Below, one piece after another: positions 1 through 8,895 of a stretch of 22,021 bases of DNA. The position numbers were made by a program, and so were the translations under genes. The DNA is from Armatimonadota bacterium (GTDB lineage: Bacteria; Sysuimicrobiota; Sysuimicrobiia; Sysuimicrobiales; Humicultoraceae): contig JBQTJP010000155.1 in assembly GCA_052386995.1 (NCBI GenBank), positions 1-22,021 on the forward strand, given 5' to 3'. The stretch's first letter is position 1. Every line of letters begins with the position of its first letter. The notes under the pieces were generated by a model, which saw only the letters and a list, made by a program, of their open reading frames with translations, did no database searches and had not been told where the DNA came from.

Positions 1-127
1 CGCGATCATCGAGCGGCTCGCGCACATCGCCCCGCAGGCGGCGCCTGCCCGCCCCGCCGGTGCCCCACCGGCGACGGGCGCGCGTCCGCCGGCTCAAACG
101 GTTCCGGCAGAGGAGAAGACGTCATGA
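1..127 (+). CDS. 3' end of an upstream gene (partial; Pro/Ala-rich C-terminal tail), product unknown
   Basis: The frame starting at base 2 reads AIIERLAHIAPQAAPARPAGAPPATGARPPAQTVPAEEKTS to TGA at 125-127. The stop overlaps the next ATG (ATGA). Confidence 0.6.
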   Translation, partial: AIIERLAHIAPQAAPARPAGAPPATGARPPAQTVPAEEKTS

Positions 128-231
128 TGAAGCGACCCTTGCGCGTCTGGCTCGCGTACCTGCTCTTCTACGTCCTGTTCTTTCTGCTCCTCACGTTCGT
201 CGCATCGTTCGGCCTGATCGCCGAAGCTTAG
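124..231 (+). CDS. small single-pass membrane protein (35 aa), not in ORF track
   Basis: MMKRPLRVWLAYLLFYVLFFLLLTFVASFGLIAEA*. GAGGAG RBS at ~110-115, ATGA coupling to the upstream stop, basic N-terminus followed by a hydrophobic helix. Confidence 0.7.
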   Translation: MMKRPLRVWLAYLLFYVLFFLLLTFVASFGLIAEA

Positions 232-269
232 GAGTGGCGGGCGACATCCCGGGCCGCCCGGGTGACAGG

Positions 270-647
270 ATGCAACGATGGGGGCCGGCGGTGCTTTTGT
301 CGCTGGTCGCGCTGACCTTCGCGGGATGCCCGCGGCGCGGTCCCTCCGGCGGTCCGCCCACCCCGCCGCCGGCCGCGCAGACCGCTCAGGTCACCGCAAA
401 GGAGTGGGGGTTCGAGCCGGCCCCGATTCTGGCGAAGGCGGGCACGATCACCTTTCGCATCAAGAACGAGGGAGCTGTCGAGCACAACTTTCTCGTGGAG
501 AACAAGCCGGGCGCCCAGGTCGACGCGATCCAACCGGGCGACACGAAGACGCTGACGACCGACTTGGCGCCGGGTCAGTACACGGTGTTCTGCAACCTCC
601 CCGGGCATCGGGAGGCGGGGATGATCGGGACTCTCAAAGTCGAGTAG
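270..647 (+). CDS. cupredoxin (type-1 blue copper) domain lipoprotein
   Basis: The start at ATG 270 gives a signal peptide with lipobox FAG-C and a Pro-rich linker. Cu ligands are VEHNF ... FCNLPGHREAGM (H, C, H, M). Confidence 0.88.
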   Translation: MQRWGPAVLLSLVALTFAGCPRRGPSGGPPTPPPAAQTAQVTAKEWGFEPAPILAKAGTITFRIKNEGAVEHNFLVENKPGAQVDAIQPGDTKTLTTDLAPGQYTVFCNLPGHREAGMIGTLKVE

Positions 648-1625
648 ATGCCCTTCGACCTCACCGAGATCTATCGCCCGGTCGCCGGCGACCTGCAGGA
701 GCTCGACGGCCTGCTCCGGCGCGAGCTGGCCACGGACGATCCCTTTATCGGCGAACTCGTCGGCCACGTCCTGGCCACGCGCGGCAAGCTCGTGCGGCCC
801 GCCCTGGCCCTGCTGAGCGCCTCGGCCAGCGGGGGCGCCGATGAGCAGCGTCTGTGGCTCGCGGGGACGGTCGAGCTCATCCACATCGCGTCGCTGATCC
901 ACGATGACGTCATCGACGCCGCCGATACGCGACGTGGCAGCGGCACGATCAACGTGCTGTGGGGCAATCAGGTGGCAGTATTGCTGGGCGACTACCTCTT
1001 CGCCACCGCGTTCGATCTCATCAGCCGCATCCGACATCCTCAGGTCGCGCCGAGCATCGCGCTGGCGGCGGTGAGGATGAGCCATGCGGAGATCCAGGCG
1101 GTGAAGGTCGGCGGCGAGCCCCACGAGGATGAGGCGACCTACTTCCAGATCATCGACGGAAAGACGGCCCAGCTCTTCTCGGCCGCATGCCGGGCCGGGG
1201 CGCTGATCGCCGGGGCCACGGGTCCGGCGGCAGAGGCGATGGCGGAGTTCGGCCGGGAGTGGGGGATGTCGTTTCAGATCACCGATGACGCCCTCGATCT
1301 GACCGGTGACCCCGATGCGCTCGGCAAACCGATCGGCAGCGACATCGAAGTCGGCAAGGTCACGCTGCCGGTCATCGCGGCGCTGCGCGAGGCTCCCGAG
1401 GATGATCGACGCCGCGTGCGCGCGCTCGTCCGGGGCGCTCCCGGGGACGGTGCGCTCTCGGAGATGCGTGCCCTCGTCGTGCGCTACGGAGGCATCCGCT
1501 ACGCGCAGGAGGTCGCGCGCACCTTCGCGGATAGGGCCACCGCAGCCCTCGACCTTGTCCCGGCGAGCCAGGCGAAGGAAAGCCTGCTCGCGCTGGCCGG
1601 ATACGTGCTGGTGCGCGCCCGATGA
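648..1625 (+). CDS. polyprenyl diphosphate synthase (IspB/HepT family)
   Basis: GKLVRP, first Asp-rich motif LIHDDVID..TRRG, GKTA, second motif FQITDDALD, GKPIGSD..GKVTLP. Confidence 0.93.
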   Translation: MPFDLTEIYRPVAGDLQELDGLLRRELATDDPFIGELVGHVLATRGKLVRPALALLSASASGGADEQRLWLAGTVELIHIASLIHDDVIDAADTRRGSGTINVLWGNQVAVLLGDYLFATAFDLISRIRHPQVAPSIALAAVRMSHAEIQAVKVGGEPHEDEATYFQIIDGKTAQLFSAACRAGALIAGATGPAAEAMAEFGREWGMSFQITDDALDLTGDPDALGKPIGSDIEVGKVTLPVIAALREAPEDDRRRVRALVRGAPGDGALSEMRALVVRYGGIRYAQEVARTFADRATAALDLVPASQAKESLLALAGYVLVRAR

Positions 1626-1728
1626 CCGCGCGCGGCTGGGCGCACGTCCGGCGGGCCTCAGAGGAGTTCGGCCCCCGCGTCGAATGGTCTACGCAGCCAA
1701 TGGACCAGTGGCCCACGGGACGCTGCGC

Positions 1729-2805
1729 ATGACCTTCGCGACGTCAGGGCAGCGACGGACGCCCCTCCAGCGATGGTTCGCCGCCGGCTTGCAGCAGGCG
1801 CTGCTCGACCACGGGCTCGAAGAGACCACGCCGGAGCATGCGCCCCGGGTCGTTCTGCACTTTGCCGACCGGGACGCCCCGCGGCCGTTCCGCCGCAAGG
1901 CGCAGGCGTCGTTCGTCGTGTCCATCCTCGAGGGTCCGGAGCCCAGCGGCCAGATCCTCCCGGCGCTCTATCCGCTGCTTGTTCGCACACTCGGGAACAT
2001 GGTGCTCTACCTGGTGCCCACGGGCGAGCGGGCGCGCGCATACATCGTCACGCTGGAGCAGGGATACTTCAAGATCGAGGACAGCGACGACCAGGCATTC
2101 TTCACACAGATTTTCAAGCGCCTCCATCCCCTGGCGTCAGCCCAGCTCGTCATCAACAACGAATTCCATCCCGATCTCGAGCCCGAACTGTGGGACGGCG
2201 ATAAGATTACCGCGGCGATCTCGGGAGCGGGGCGCCGGCTCGACGCGCTGCGGCTGCTCCCGGCGGCGTTTCCCATCGAGGACCTGCTCTCCCCGCGCGA
2301 CATGACGCACGTCCGGAGGCTCTTCGGCATCGGCGGCCTGTCCTACGGCAATCTCAGCGCGCGCAAAGATGCGCGGCGATTCTGGATGAGCGCGAGCGGC
2401 GTGAACAAGGGGGCGCTACGGACCGTCGGCCGGGACATCCTGATGGTCAAAGGTTACGACGCCGAGCGGAACGTCATGCTCCTCAGCGTGCCGCCCATGA
2501 TCGAGCCCAGGCGCGTTTCGGTGGACGCCATCGAGCACTGGATGATCTACACCTCGCACCCCGGCGTCGGAGCCATCGTGCACGTGCACGCCTGGATGGA
2601 CGGGGTGGCGTCGACGCAGGTGCAGTACCCGTGCGGCACGCGTGAGCTGGCGCAGGCGGTCTCCGATCTCGTGGACGCGAGCCCCGATCCGACCCGCGCC
2701 GTCATCGGGCTGCGCAACCACGGCGTCACCATCACCGGTCCGGATCTCGCCGACATCCTCGAGCGCACCGAGGGCCGTATCATTCCGCGCGTGCCGATGT
2801 CCTGA
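1729..2805 (+). CDS. class II aldolase/adducin family protein with N-terminal extension
   Basis: C-terminal half has GNLSAR, SASG, EHWMIY, IVHVHA and LRNHG metal-binding motifs. Start is uncertain (ATG 1684 or 1729). Confidence 0.8.
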   Translation: MTFATSGQRRTPLQRWFAAGLQQALLDHGLEETTPEHAPRVVLHFADRDAPRPFRRKAQASFVVSILEGPEPSGQILPALYPLLVRTLGNMVLYLVPTGERARAYIVTLEQGYFKIEDSDDQAFFTQIFKRLHPLASAQLVINNEFHPDLEPELWDGDKITAAISGAGRRLDALRLLPAAFPIEDLLSPRDMTHVRRLFGIGGLSYGNLSARKDARRFWMSASGVNKGALRTVGRDILMVKGYDAERNVMLLSVPPMIEPRRVSVDAIEHWMIYTSHPGVGAIVHVHAWMDGVASTQVQYPCGTRELAQAVSDLVDASPDPTRAVIGLRNHGVTITGPDLADILERTEGRIIPRVPMS

Positions 2806-2863
2806 CCCCCGAGGGCGGTCTGATCATCCCGCGGCCGATCCTTCCCGTACGCGACGATACGGT

Positions 2864-4222
2864 ATGACCTACCAGGACGCGCTCGCCTACCTCGATCGGC
2901 TGCTGGAGCCGAGGCCCACTCCGACCCCGTACGCCCACGTGAAACTTGAGCGCATGGAGCACCTTTGCGCCCTACTGGGTAATCCGGAGCGGACGTTCCC
3001 GGCCGTGCTAGTGGCCGGCACCAAGGGGAAAGGGTCGACTGCTGCGATGATCGCCGCAATCGGGCAGGCCGCGGGCTCTCGCATCGGGCTCTACACCAAG
3101 CCGCACCTGGTCGACGTGCGCGAGCGGCTGCGGATTGACGGGACCCTCATCGCCCCGGAGGCCTTTGCCGCCCTGGTCGGCGAGATCCGAACGGCGATCG
3201 AGCGGGGGGCTTCTGGACCGGGCTGGCCCCCGACATATTTCGAAGTCACTGCCGCGCTGGCGTTTCTCCATTTCGCGCGCGAGGGAGTCGATCTGGGCGT
3301 CGTCGAGGTCGGCATCGGCGGCCGCCTGGATGCGTGCAACGTCGTGGAGCCATCCGTGTCCGTCATCACCACCATCGGGTACGACCACACCGAGATTGTG
3401 GGGACGCGTCTTGCGCAGATCGCCTCCGAGGACGTCGGGATCATGCGGCCGTCCGGCCGTGTCGTCACCGTCCCGCAGCGGGAGGCGGCGGCCGCGGTCA
3501 TCCGTCAGGCCGCCACCGCACACGGCGCCGACCTCATCCGCGTCGGCCACGATGTTCGATACCGCACGCTAGAGACGTCGGCCGCCGGGACGCGGTTCAC
3601 CGTGCGTGGCCGCCTGAAGACGTACCGTGACCTGAGTGTGCCTCTGCTAGGCCGGCACCAAGCGTTGAACGCCGCCGCCGCCATCGCGGCCTGTGAGGCG
3701 CTTGCCGGAGCAGATCCACGGTTTGTGCTCTCGGAGGCTGCCGTGCGCACCGGGCTGTCCACGCTGCACTGGCCGGCGAGAATCGAAGTGATCCGCGATC
3801 GCCCGACGGTCATCGTCGATGTCGCCCACAATACCGTCTCGTTCCAGGCGCTGCGGGCCGTCCTCGATGAGACGTTCGGGCGCCGCCGGCTCACACTCGT
3901 CCTCGGCGTCGTGGAGAACAAGGACTTGGCCGGGATCGCCCGGATCATTGCGCCGAGGGCCGCGGCCGTCATCGCCACCCGTCCGCATCACGCGCGGCCC
4001 GCACCGCCTGAGGCGGTCGCCGCGGCGGTCCACCCATGGGTCCCCGCGGTGAAGATCATCGAAGACCCAGTCGACGCCATCGAGCACGCGCTGGCACACG
4101 CCGGGCCAGAGGACGTGATCTGCGCCACAGGCTCATTTCATGTGGCTGGGCCGATTCGCGCACATCTCGTCGGATGCGAGCCGGACGCTGGCAGAACCGA
4201 AGCGGGCGCGCGAACCGCGTGA
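2864..4222 (+). CDS. folC: folylpolyglutamate synthase/dihydrofolate synthase family protein
   Basis: P-loop VAGTKGKGS, TYFE, EVGIGGRLDACN, DH, WPARIE, DVAHN, TGSF. Two canonical residues diverge (see findings). Confidence 0.9.
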   Translation: MTYQDALAYLDRLLEPRPTPTPYAHVKLERMEHLCALLGNPERTFPAVLVAGTKGKGSTAAMIAAIGQAAGSRIGLYTKPHLVDVRERLRIDGTLIAPEAFAALVGEIRTAIERGASGPGWPPTYFEVTAALAFLHFAREGVDLGVVEVGIGGRLDACNVVEPSVSVITTIGYDHTEIVGTRLAQIASEDVGIMRPSGRVVTVPQREAAAAVIRQAATAHGADLIRVGHDVRYRTLETSAAGTRFTVRGRLKTYRDLSVPLLGRHQALNAAAAIAACEALAGADPRFVLSEAAVRTGLSTLHWPARIEVIRDRPTVIVDVAHNTVSFQALRAVLDETFGRRRLTLVLGVVENKDLAGIARIIAPRAAAVIATRPHHARPAPPEAVAAAVHPWVPAVKIIEDPVDAIEHALAHAGPEDVICATGSFHVAGPIRAHLVGCEPDAGRTEAGARTA

Positions 4223-4286
4223 ACCCCACGCCAGATGCAGACCCGCCACCCGCGGCCGGTTAACGATTGCCGCCTAAGGAGGATCG

Positions 4287-4913
4287 ATGTACCCTGAGCA
4301 CCGCGTCGCCGAGTTGCTGGACAGGCTCGCGTCGTCGGCACCCGAGCCCGGAGGCGGCGCCGCCGCGGCGCTCGCCGCGGCCACCGGGGCCGCCCTGGTG
4401 AGCATGGTGGCGAACCTGACGATTGGCAAAGAGAAGTTTGCCGCCGCACAGAACGAGATGAAAGCGACGCTCGCACGAGCGGAGGCGCTGCGGGCCGACC
4501 TGGTTGCGGCGATCGACCGCGACGCAGAGTCCTTCAGGCAGGTCATGGCGGCGTACCGGCTCCCGCGCGAGAATCCCGGACAGCAAACCGCGCGCAAACA
4601 GGCGATCGACGCGGCTCTGCGCGTCGCCGCGCGCGTACCGGCCGAGGTTGTGACTTTGTGCGCGGAGGTCGTCGCCTTGAGCAGGCTGGCCCTCGACAAG
4701 GGCAATCCTCAGGTGCTGAGCGACGCGGCGGTCGCGGCGCTCCTCGCCGATGCCGGGGCGCAGAGCGCGGCGCTCAACGTGCGGATCAACCTGAAAGGCA
4801 TCGCCGACCCCGGGTTTACAGGCCCGCTGTGGGACGAGGTGCGCACCCGGCTGGATGCGATCCGGTCCGCGCGCGATGAGGTCATCCGGATTGCCTATGA
4901 GAGGCTCGGCTGA
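4287..4913 (+). CDS. fchA: cyclodeaminase/methenyl-THF cyclohydrolase (FTCD C-terminal, FchA-like)
   Basis: LAS..PEPGGGAAAA, MVANLTIGK, D.D..SF..VM.AY.LP, GN...SDA, NVRINL. AAGGAGG RBS upstream, located between folC and folD. Confidence 0.85.
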   Translation: MYPEHRVAELLDRLASSAPEPGGGAAAALAAATGAALVSMVANLTIGKEKFAAAQNEMKATLARAEALRADLVAAIDRDAESFRQVMAAYRLPRENPGQQTARKQAIDAALRVAARVPAEVVTLCAEVVALSRLALDKGNPQVLSDAAVAALLADAGAQSAALNVRINLKGIADPGFTGPLWDEVRTRLDAIRSARDEVIRIAYERLG

Positions 4914-4915
4914 GC

Positions 4916-5860
4916 GTGGCCGAGATCATCGACGGCAACGCCGTGGCCGATGCCCTCAAGGCCGAGACGAGGGCGGAGGTCGCCGCGCTCGTCGCCAGGG
5001 GAGTGCGGCCGTCGATCGCCACCGTGCTGGTCGGCGATGACTACGGCGCCCGAATGTACCGCCGGCAGATCGAGCGCACCGCGGCGGAGATCGGGGTGGA
5101 GCACCGGGATGTCGGTCTGTCCGGGAGCACAACACTCGACGATGTGATCGCCGCCGTCGGCGCGCTGGCTGCCGACCCGTCGGTGCACGGCATTCTGCCG
5201 CTGCGGCCGCTGCCCGCCGGCGTTTCCGAAGAAGCGGTGCTCGATGCCATTGATCCCGCGAAAGATGTCGACGGTCTGCACCCGGTGAACGCCGGACGGC
5301 TAGCGCTGGGCCGGTCCACGCTCTATCCCGCGACACCCTGGGCGTGTTTTGAACTCCTCGAGCGGTATTTCGCACGTCATGGTAAGGATCCACGGCGCGC
5401 GTACGAGGGCAAGGATCTGGTGATCGTCGGCCGCAGCAACATCGTGGGCAAACCTGCCTATTTCATGGCGCTGCAGCGCAATGCCACGCCCACAACCGTG
5501 CACTCCTTCACCTCGAAAGCCGGCACGCTCGCCGACCACACGCGACGGGCCGATATCCTGATCGTCGCTATGGGCAAACCCGAATTCATCACCGCCGGAA
5601 TGGTCAAGCCCGGCGCGATCGTCGTCGACGTCGGGATCAACTCGGTGCCGGCGATCGATGCCCAGGGTCGGCCGCTCCTGGATGAGCGTGGCCGGCCCAG
5701 ACGCCGAACCGTCGGTGATGTGGCGTTTGAAGAGGTGAGCCGGATTGCGGCCGCCATCACTCCCGTCCCCGGCGGGGTCGGCGCGGTGACCGGTCTTCTG
5801 TTGATGAAAAACGTGCTGCGCGCCGCGGCGGCCATTGCCGTGCACGCCCCAGGGCGATGA
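4916..5860 (+). CDS. folD: methylenetetrahydrofolate dehydrogenase (FolD family; probably lacking cyclohydrolase activity)
   Basis: [43 protein letters not shown] motifs. Confidence 0.92.
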   Translation: MAEIIDGNAVADALKAETRAEVAALVARGVRPSIATVLVGDDYGARMYRRQIERTAAEIGVEHRDVGLSGSTTLDDVIAAVGALAADPSVHGILPLRPLPAGVSEEAVLDAIDPAKDVDGLHPVNAGRLALGRSTLYPATPWACFELLERYFARHGKDPRRAYEGKDLVIVGRSNIVGKPAYFMALQRNATPTTVHSFTSKAGTLADHTRRADILIVAMGKPEFITAGMVKPGAIVVDVGINSVPAIDAQGRPLLDERGRPRRRTVGDVAFEEVSRIAAAITPVPGGVGAVTGLLLMKNVLRAAAAIAVHAPGR

Positions 5861-6168
5861 ACGGTGCCCCCGTGACGCACACGGACACCGTCATCGTCGG
5901 CGCAGGTCCGGCGGGACTGGCGACGGCGACGTGTCTGACGCGCGCCGGCATTCCCTTTGTCATTCTCGAGCGGGAGAAGCGCCTCGGCGCCGCGTGGCAC
6001 CGTCCCTACGATTTCTACGTTTCTCCGTCGGGAGTGCTGCGTGAGATCGCGATGGAGGCGAAGAACATCGCCCGCGAGATCGCGCGCAGCCACACGGGCG
6101 ACCCGGAGGCCCGGACCGAGGTTCCGGCAGGGCCGCGTGCGTCCGGGCGGGAACTGGGCTCGCCGTGA
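5857..6168 (+). pseudogene. internally deleted FAD-dependent (flavin-containing) monooxygenase remnant
   Basis: Intact N-terminal Rossmann motif [11 protein letters not shown]...ILERE..LGAAW...YD, but only 103 aa in total. It jumps to [20 protein letters not shown], which resembles a C-terminal segment of such enzymes. Confidence 0.65.
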
Positions 6169-7388
6169 AGGCGGTCGTCGCCGACATCACGATCCCGCGC
6201 TATCTGGCCACCCGCGGGGTCGGCCGTCTCTGGCAGCCCGCGTTCTGGAGCGGCATCAGCGGCATCCGCCTGAGCGACGTCCCCGATCCCCGCCTGCCCG
6301 GTCCCGACTGGGTCAAGGTCAAAGTACACCTAGGCGGCGTCTGCGGAAGTGATATGCACCTTGTACTCTTGGAGGCGAGCCCCTCGGCCTCGGTCTTTGC
6401 ATCGATGCCGTTCGTGATCGGGCACGAGAACGTCGGCACCGTTGTTGAAGCCGGTTCCGCATCCGGCGTGGCGACGGGAACGCGGGTGGTGATCGAACCG
6501 CTCCTGCCTTGCGTGACCCGCGGTTTCGCCGATCCGTGCGCGGCATGCGCACGTGGGGACTACAATCTGTGCGCCCGGTTTGCCGAGGGGACCCTCGCAC
6601 CGGGCCACGGGCAGGGTTTCTGCCGGAACGTCGGAGGATCCTGGGGCGAGATCATGCTTGCCCACCGATCCAGCCTCGTGCCGGTCCCTGCCCACATGCC
6701 CGACGAACACGCCGTGCTGGTCGAGCCGCTGGCGGTCGCGGTACATCCCATCCTGCGATTCGTGCCCGAAGACGTCGGAACCGTGCTCGTGGTCGGGGCC
6801 GGTCCGATCGGCCTGGCGGCCATCGCAGCGCTGCGGGTACTGCGCCCCTCTGCCCGGGTGCTGGTCCTGGCCCGGCACGCGCACCAGGCAGAGTTGGCGC
6901 GGCGCTTCGGCGGGGCGGTCGTCGCCGCCTCATCGCGCAACGATCTCTATCGAGAGATCGCCTCGCTCACGGGCGCGAAAGTGCTGCGGCCCCCCCTTGG
7001 CCTCCCACTCCTCACCGGCGGGGTCGACGTGACTCTGGAGTGTGTGGGGACCTCACGCAGCGTCTCCGACGCGCTTCGCCTGACCCGGGCGGGCGGTGCT
7101 GTGGTACTGATCGGTCTGGCCGTCGTTCCGCAGGGCGTCGACTGGACGCCCATCTGGCTGCGGGAGATCGCCATCCAAGGGAGCTTCTACTACGCGCAGG
7201 AGCAGGTCGGCGGACGCCCGGTGCGCTCAATCGACGTTGCTATAAACCTGCTCGCGTCCGGCCGCGTCGATCTGCGTCCGCTGATCACCCACAGGTTTCC
7301 CCTGGTCGAGTGGCGCCGCGCGATCGAGGTGGCGCTGGACAAGCGGCGGCACCGCGCCGTTAAGGTTCTGCTCGAACCCGCGCCGTAG
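6165..7388 (+). CDS. zinc-dependent alcohol dehydrogenase (MDR superfamily)
   Basis: Catalytic Zn motifs GVCGSD and GHENVG, structural Zn Cys cluster C...[18 protein letters not shown], nucleotide-binding GAGPIG. GTGA overlap with the previous ORF. Confidence 0.92.
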   Translation: MKAVVADITIPRYLATRGVGRLWQPAFWSGISGIRLSDVPDPRLPGPDWVKVKVHLGGVCGSDMHLVLLEASPSASVFASMPFVIGHENVGTVVEAGSASGVATGTRVVIEPLLPCVTRGFADPCAACARGDYNLCARFAEGTLAPGHGQGFCRNVGGSWGEIMLAHRSSLVPVPAHMPDEHAVLVEPLAVAVHPILRFVPEDVGTVLVVGAGPIGLAAIAALRVLRPSARVLVLARHAHQAELARRFGGAVVAASSRNDLYREIASLTGAKVLRPPLGLPLLTGGVDVTLECVGTSRSVSDALRLTRAGGAVVLIGLAVVPQGVDWTPIWLREIAIQGSFYYAQEQVGGRPVRSIDVAINLLASGRVDLRPLITHRFPLVEWRRAIEVALDKRRHRAVKVLLEPAP

Positions 7389-7483
7389 CGCCCCTTGCTC
7401 GGCGCACGCGAATTCGATACCCTTTTTTGGGGGCCGGCTCCACTATCGCTGGTTCCAACTTCAGGGAGGAGGACGCACGGGCC

Positions 7484-7870
7484 ATGCGCACAGGGGTAGG
7501 GATGGTACTCATCGCCCTCGTCGCCGCGGTCGCCGCCGGATGTGCCGGCGGGGGTGGGGGTGGGGGGAGTTCCAGCACGGGCAGTGCGAACACGGTGAGG
7601 ATCGTGGGCAAGGACAATGTCTATGAGCCGGCGACCGTGGAGATCAAGGCCGGCACGGAGTACGAGTTCGTGCTGAAGAACGATGGGGCGGGCGCGCACA
7701 ACGCGGTCATCGAGGCCAAGGCCAAGGTGGGCCAGGACTTCTCATCCGATCCGACGGTGAACCCGGGCGATGAGAGCAAGTGGAAGGTCAAGATCGATCA
7801 GGCCGGGACCTACACCATTCAGTGCACGCTTCACCCGGAGATGAAGGGCGAGCTCAAGGTCGCGCAGTAA
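7484..7870 (+). CDS. cupredoxin/plastocyanin-like lipoprotein
   Basis: GGAGGAGG RBS, signal peptide with lipobox AAG-C, Gly/Ser linker, Cu ligands AHNA ... CTLHPEM. Confidence 0.88.
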   Translation: MRTGVGMVLIALVAAVAAGCAGGGGGGGSSSTGSANTVRIVGKDNVYEPATVEIKAGTEYEFVLKNDGAGAHNAVIEAKAKVGQDFSSDPTVNPGDESKWKVKIDQAGTYTIQCTLHPEMKGELKVAQ

Positions 7871-7972
7871 CCCAGGGTCCTTCATTACCGACGCTGCCGG
7901 CGGCGGCCCGCGCGTCATTGCGCGGCGGCTACCGCGCGTAACGGAGGAATCTTCCGGGTAAGACGGAACTAC

Positions 7973-8368
7973 GTGGTCGAGATGCGCATGGAGTCAGAAC
8001 CGACAGGCGAACTCTTCCGGCGGCTCGTCGCCGATCTTGCCGCGCTCGTGCGGCTTTATCGCGGAGAGATCCGGGACTTCGTGCGGGGGCTGGGCCGTGA
8101 CGTGGCCGTTGCGGCGATTATGGTCGCGGCGGCGCTGGCCCTTGCGTTCTTCGCGCTGGGCGTGACCGTCGCCGTCTTGATCCTGGTCGCGGATATCTGG
8201 CTTCCTGCATGGGCGGCGGCGCTGCTCGTGCTCGGCGTCATGCTCGCCGCGATCGGCGTGCTAGTCTGGCTGGCCGTGCACCGGATCCGTCGGCGGCAGG
8301 CGGGATGGTCGGCGCGCATGGCCGAGGAGGTCCGATGGCTGCGGAGCCTCTTTCAGGGCAAGAGTTAG
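7973..8368 (+). CDS. two-helix membrane protein, YqjE-like ('phage holin' superfamily III-like)
   Basis: Amphipathic N-terminus (GELFRRLVADL..LVR...EI), two long hydrophobic segments with W.AALLV, and a basic tail ending EEVRWL. The start may be 7973, 7982 or 7988. Confidence 0.7.
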   Translation: MVEMRMESEPTGELFRRLVADLAALVRLYRGEIRDFVRGLGRDVAVAAIMVAAALALAFFALGVTVAVLILVADIWLPAWAAALLVLGVMLAAIGVLVWLAVHRIRRRQAGWSARMAEEVRWLRSLFQGKS

Positions 8369-8589
8369 CGATCCTTCACGAGCGGATCGCACGGACGGCC
8401 CGCGAGCTGCGAAGGCGGGCCCGCACCCGGCCCGCCGGGGCGCTCGCGTCCGACGATCTGCTCAGGCTCGCGGAGGCGGCGCTGCGGAGCGTCCCCGTGA
8501 CGCCGCGCCTGGTCGCGGGCGTGACCGCGGCCCTGCTGGTTGTTGCCGGGGTCGCCGCCATCATGGCGGTCCGCGGCCGCCGCACATAG
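8335..8589 (+). CDS. small C-terminally anchored membrane protein
   Basis: GAGGAGG RBS at ~8324-8330 and ATG 8335. Helical N-terminus and a C-terminal TM helix followed by RGRRT. Overlaps the preceding gene, as is usual for YqjE-associated partners. Confidence 0.6.
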   Translation: MAAEPLSGQELAILHERIARTARELRRRARTRPAGALASDDLLRLAEAALRSVPVTPRLVAGVTAALLVVAGVAAIMAVRGRRT

Positions 8590-8629
8590 CCCTCCAGCGC
8601 TCAACCGCCGACTGCGCCGCACGGTCGTA

Positions 8630-8658
8630 GAGACAGGCCCTCGCCAGCGGGCTATAAT
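8630..8658 (+). promoter_or_regulatory. sigma70-type promoter for tatAC
   Basis: Perfect TATAAT at 8653-8658, GAGACA (4/6 match to TTGACA) 17 bp upstream, and a GGAGG RBS downstream before ATG 8679. Confidence 0.65.
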
Positions 8659-8678
8659 GGGCCTGGAGGTAACTGACG

Positions 8679-8888
8679 ATGACGGGTCATGTGGTGCCGG
8701 CAATAATCGGCAATGTGGGACCGATGGAGATGCTCATCATTCTCCTGATTCTGCTGCTGCTGTTCGGGGCCAGCCGTCTGGGCGGGCTGGGTGCGGCAGC
8801 GGGCAAGACCATCAAAGAGTTCCGGAAGGCTGTCCGCGACGTCGAAAACGAGGTCGACGACACCAAGCCGGCCAAACCCAGCGCCTGA
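8679..8888 (+). CDS. tatA: twin-arginine translocase subunit TatA/E
   Basis: G..E.LIIL...LLLFG hinge followed by the amphipathic helix LG...GKTIKEFRKA. Directly upstream of tatC. Confidence 0.92.
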   Translation: MTGHVVPAIIGNVGPMEMLIILLILLLLFGASRLGGLGAAAGKTIKEFRKAVRDVENEVDDTKPAKPSA

Positions 8889-8895
8889 GGACCTT

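Noticed and set aside
270..350. Cupredoxins as Tat substrates because tatAC is nearby
   Set aside because: Neither signal peptide has a twin-arginine motif before the hydrophobic region. The RR in the first protein lies after the lipobox Cys.
7549..7569. G-rich tract (GGGGGTGGGGGTGGGGGG) as a G-quadruplex or phase-variable repeat
   Set aside because: Explained by the poly-Gly linker of the cupredoxin lipoprotein, and the frame is intact.
7875..7945. GC-rich hairpins after the second cupredoxin as an intrinsic terminator
   Set aside because: Stems are imperfect and lack a U-tract, so they cannot be supported.
7973..8368. Holin-like membrane protein as evidence of a prophage
   Set aside because: YqjE-like proteins are common chromosomal genes, and no endolysin, structural or integrase genes are nearby.
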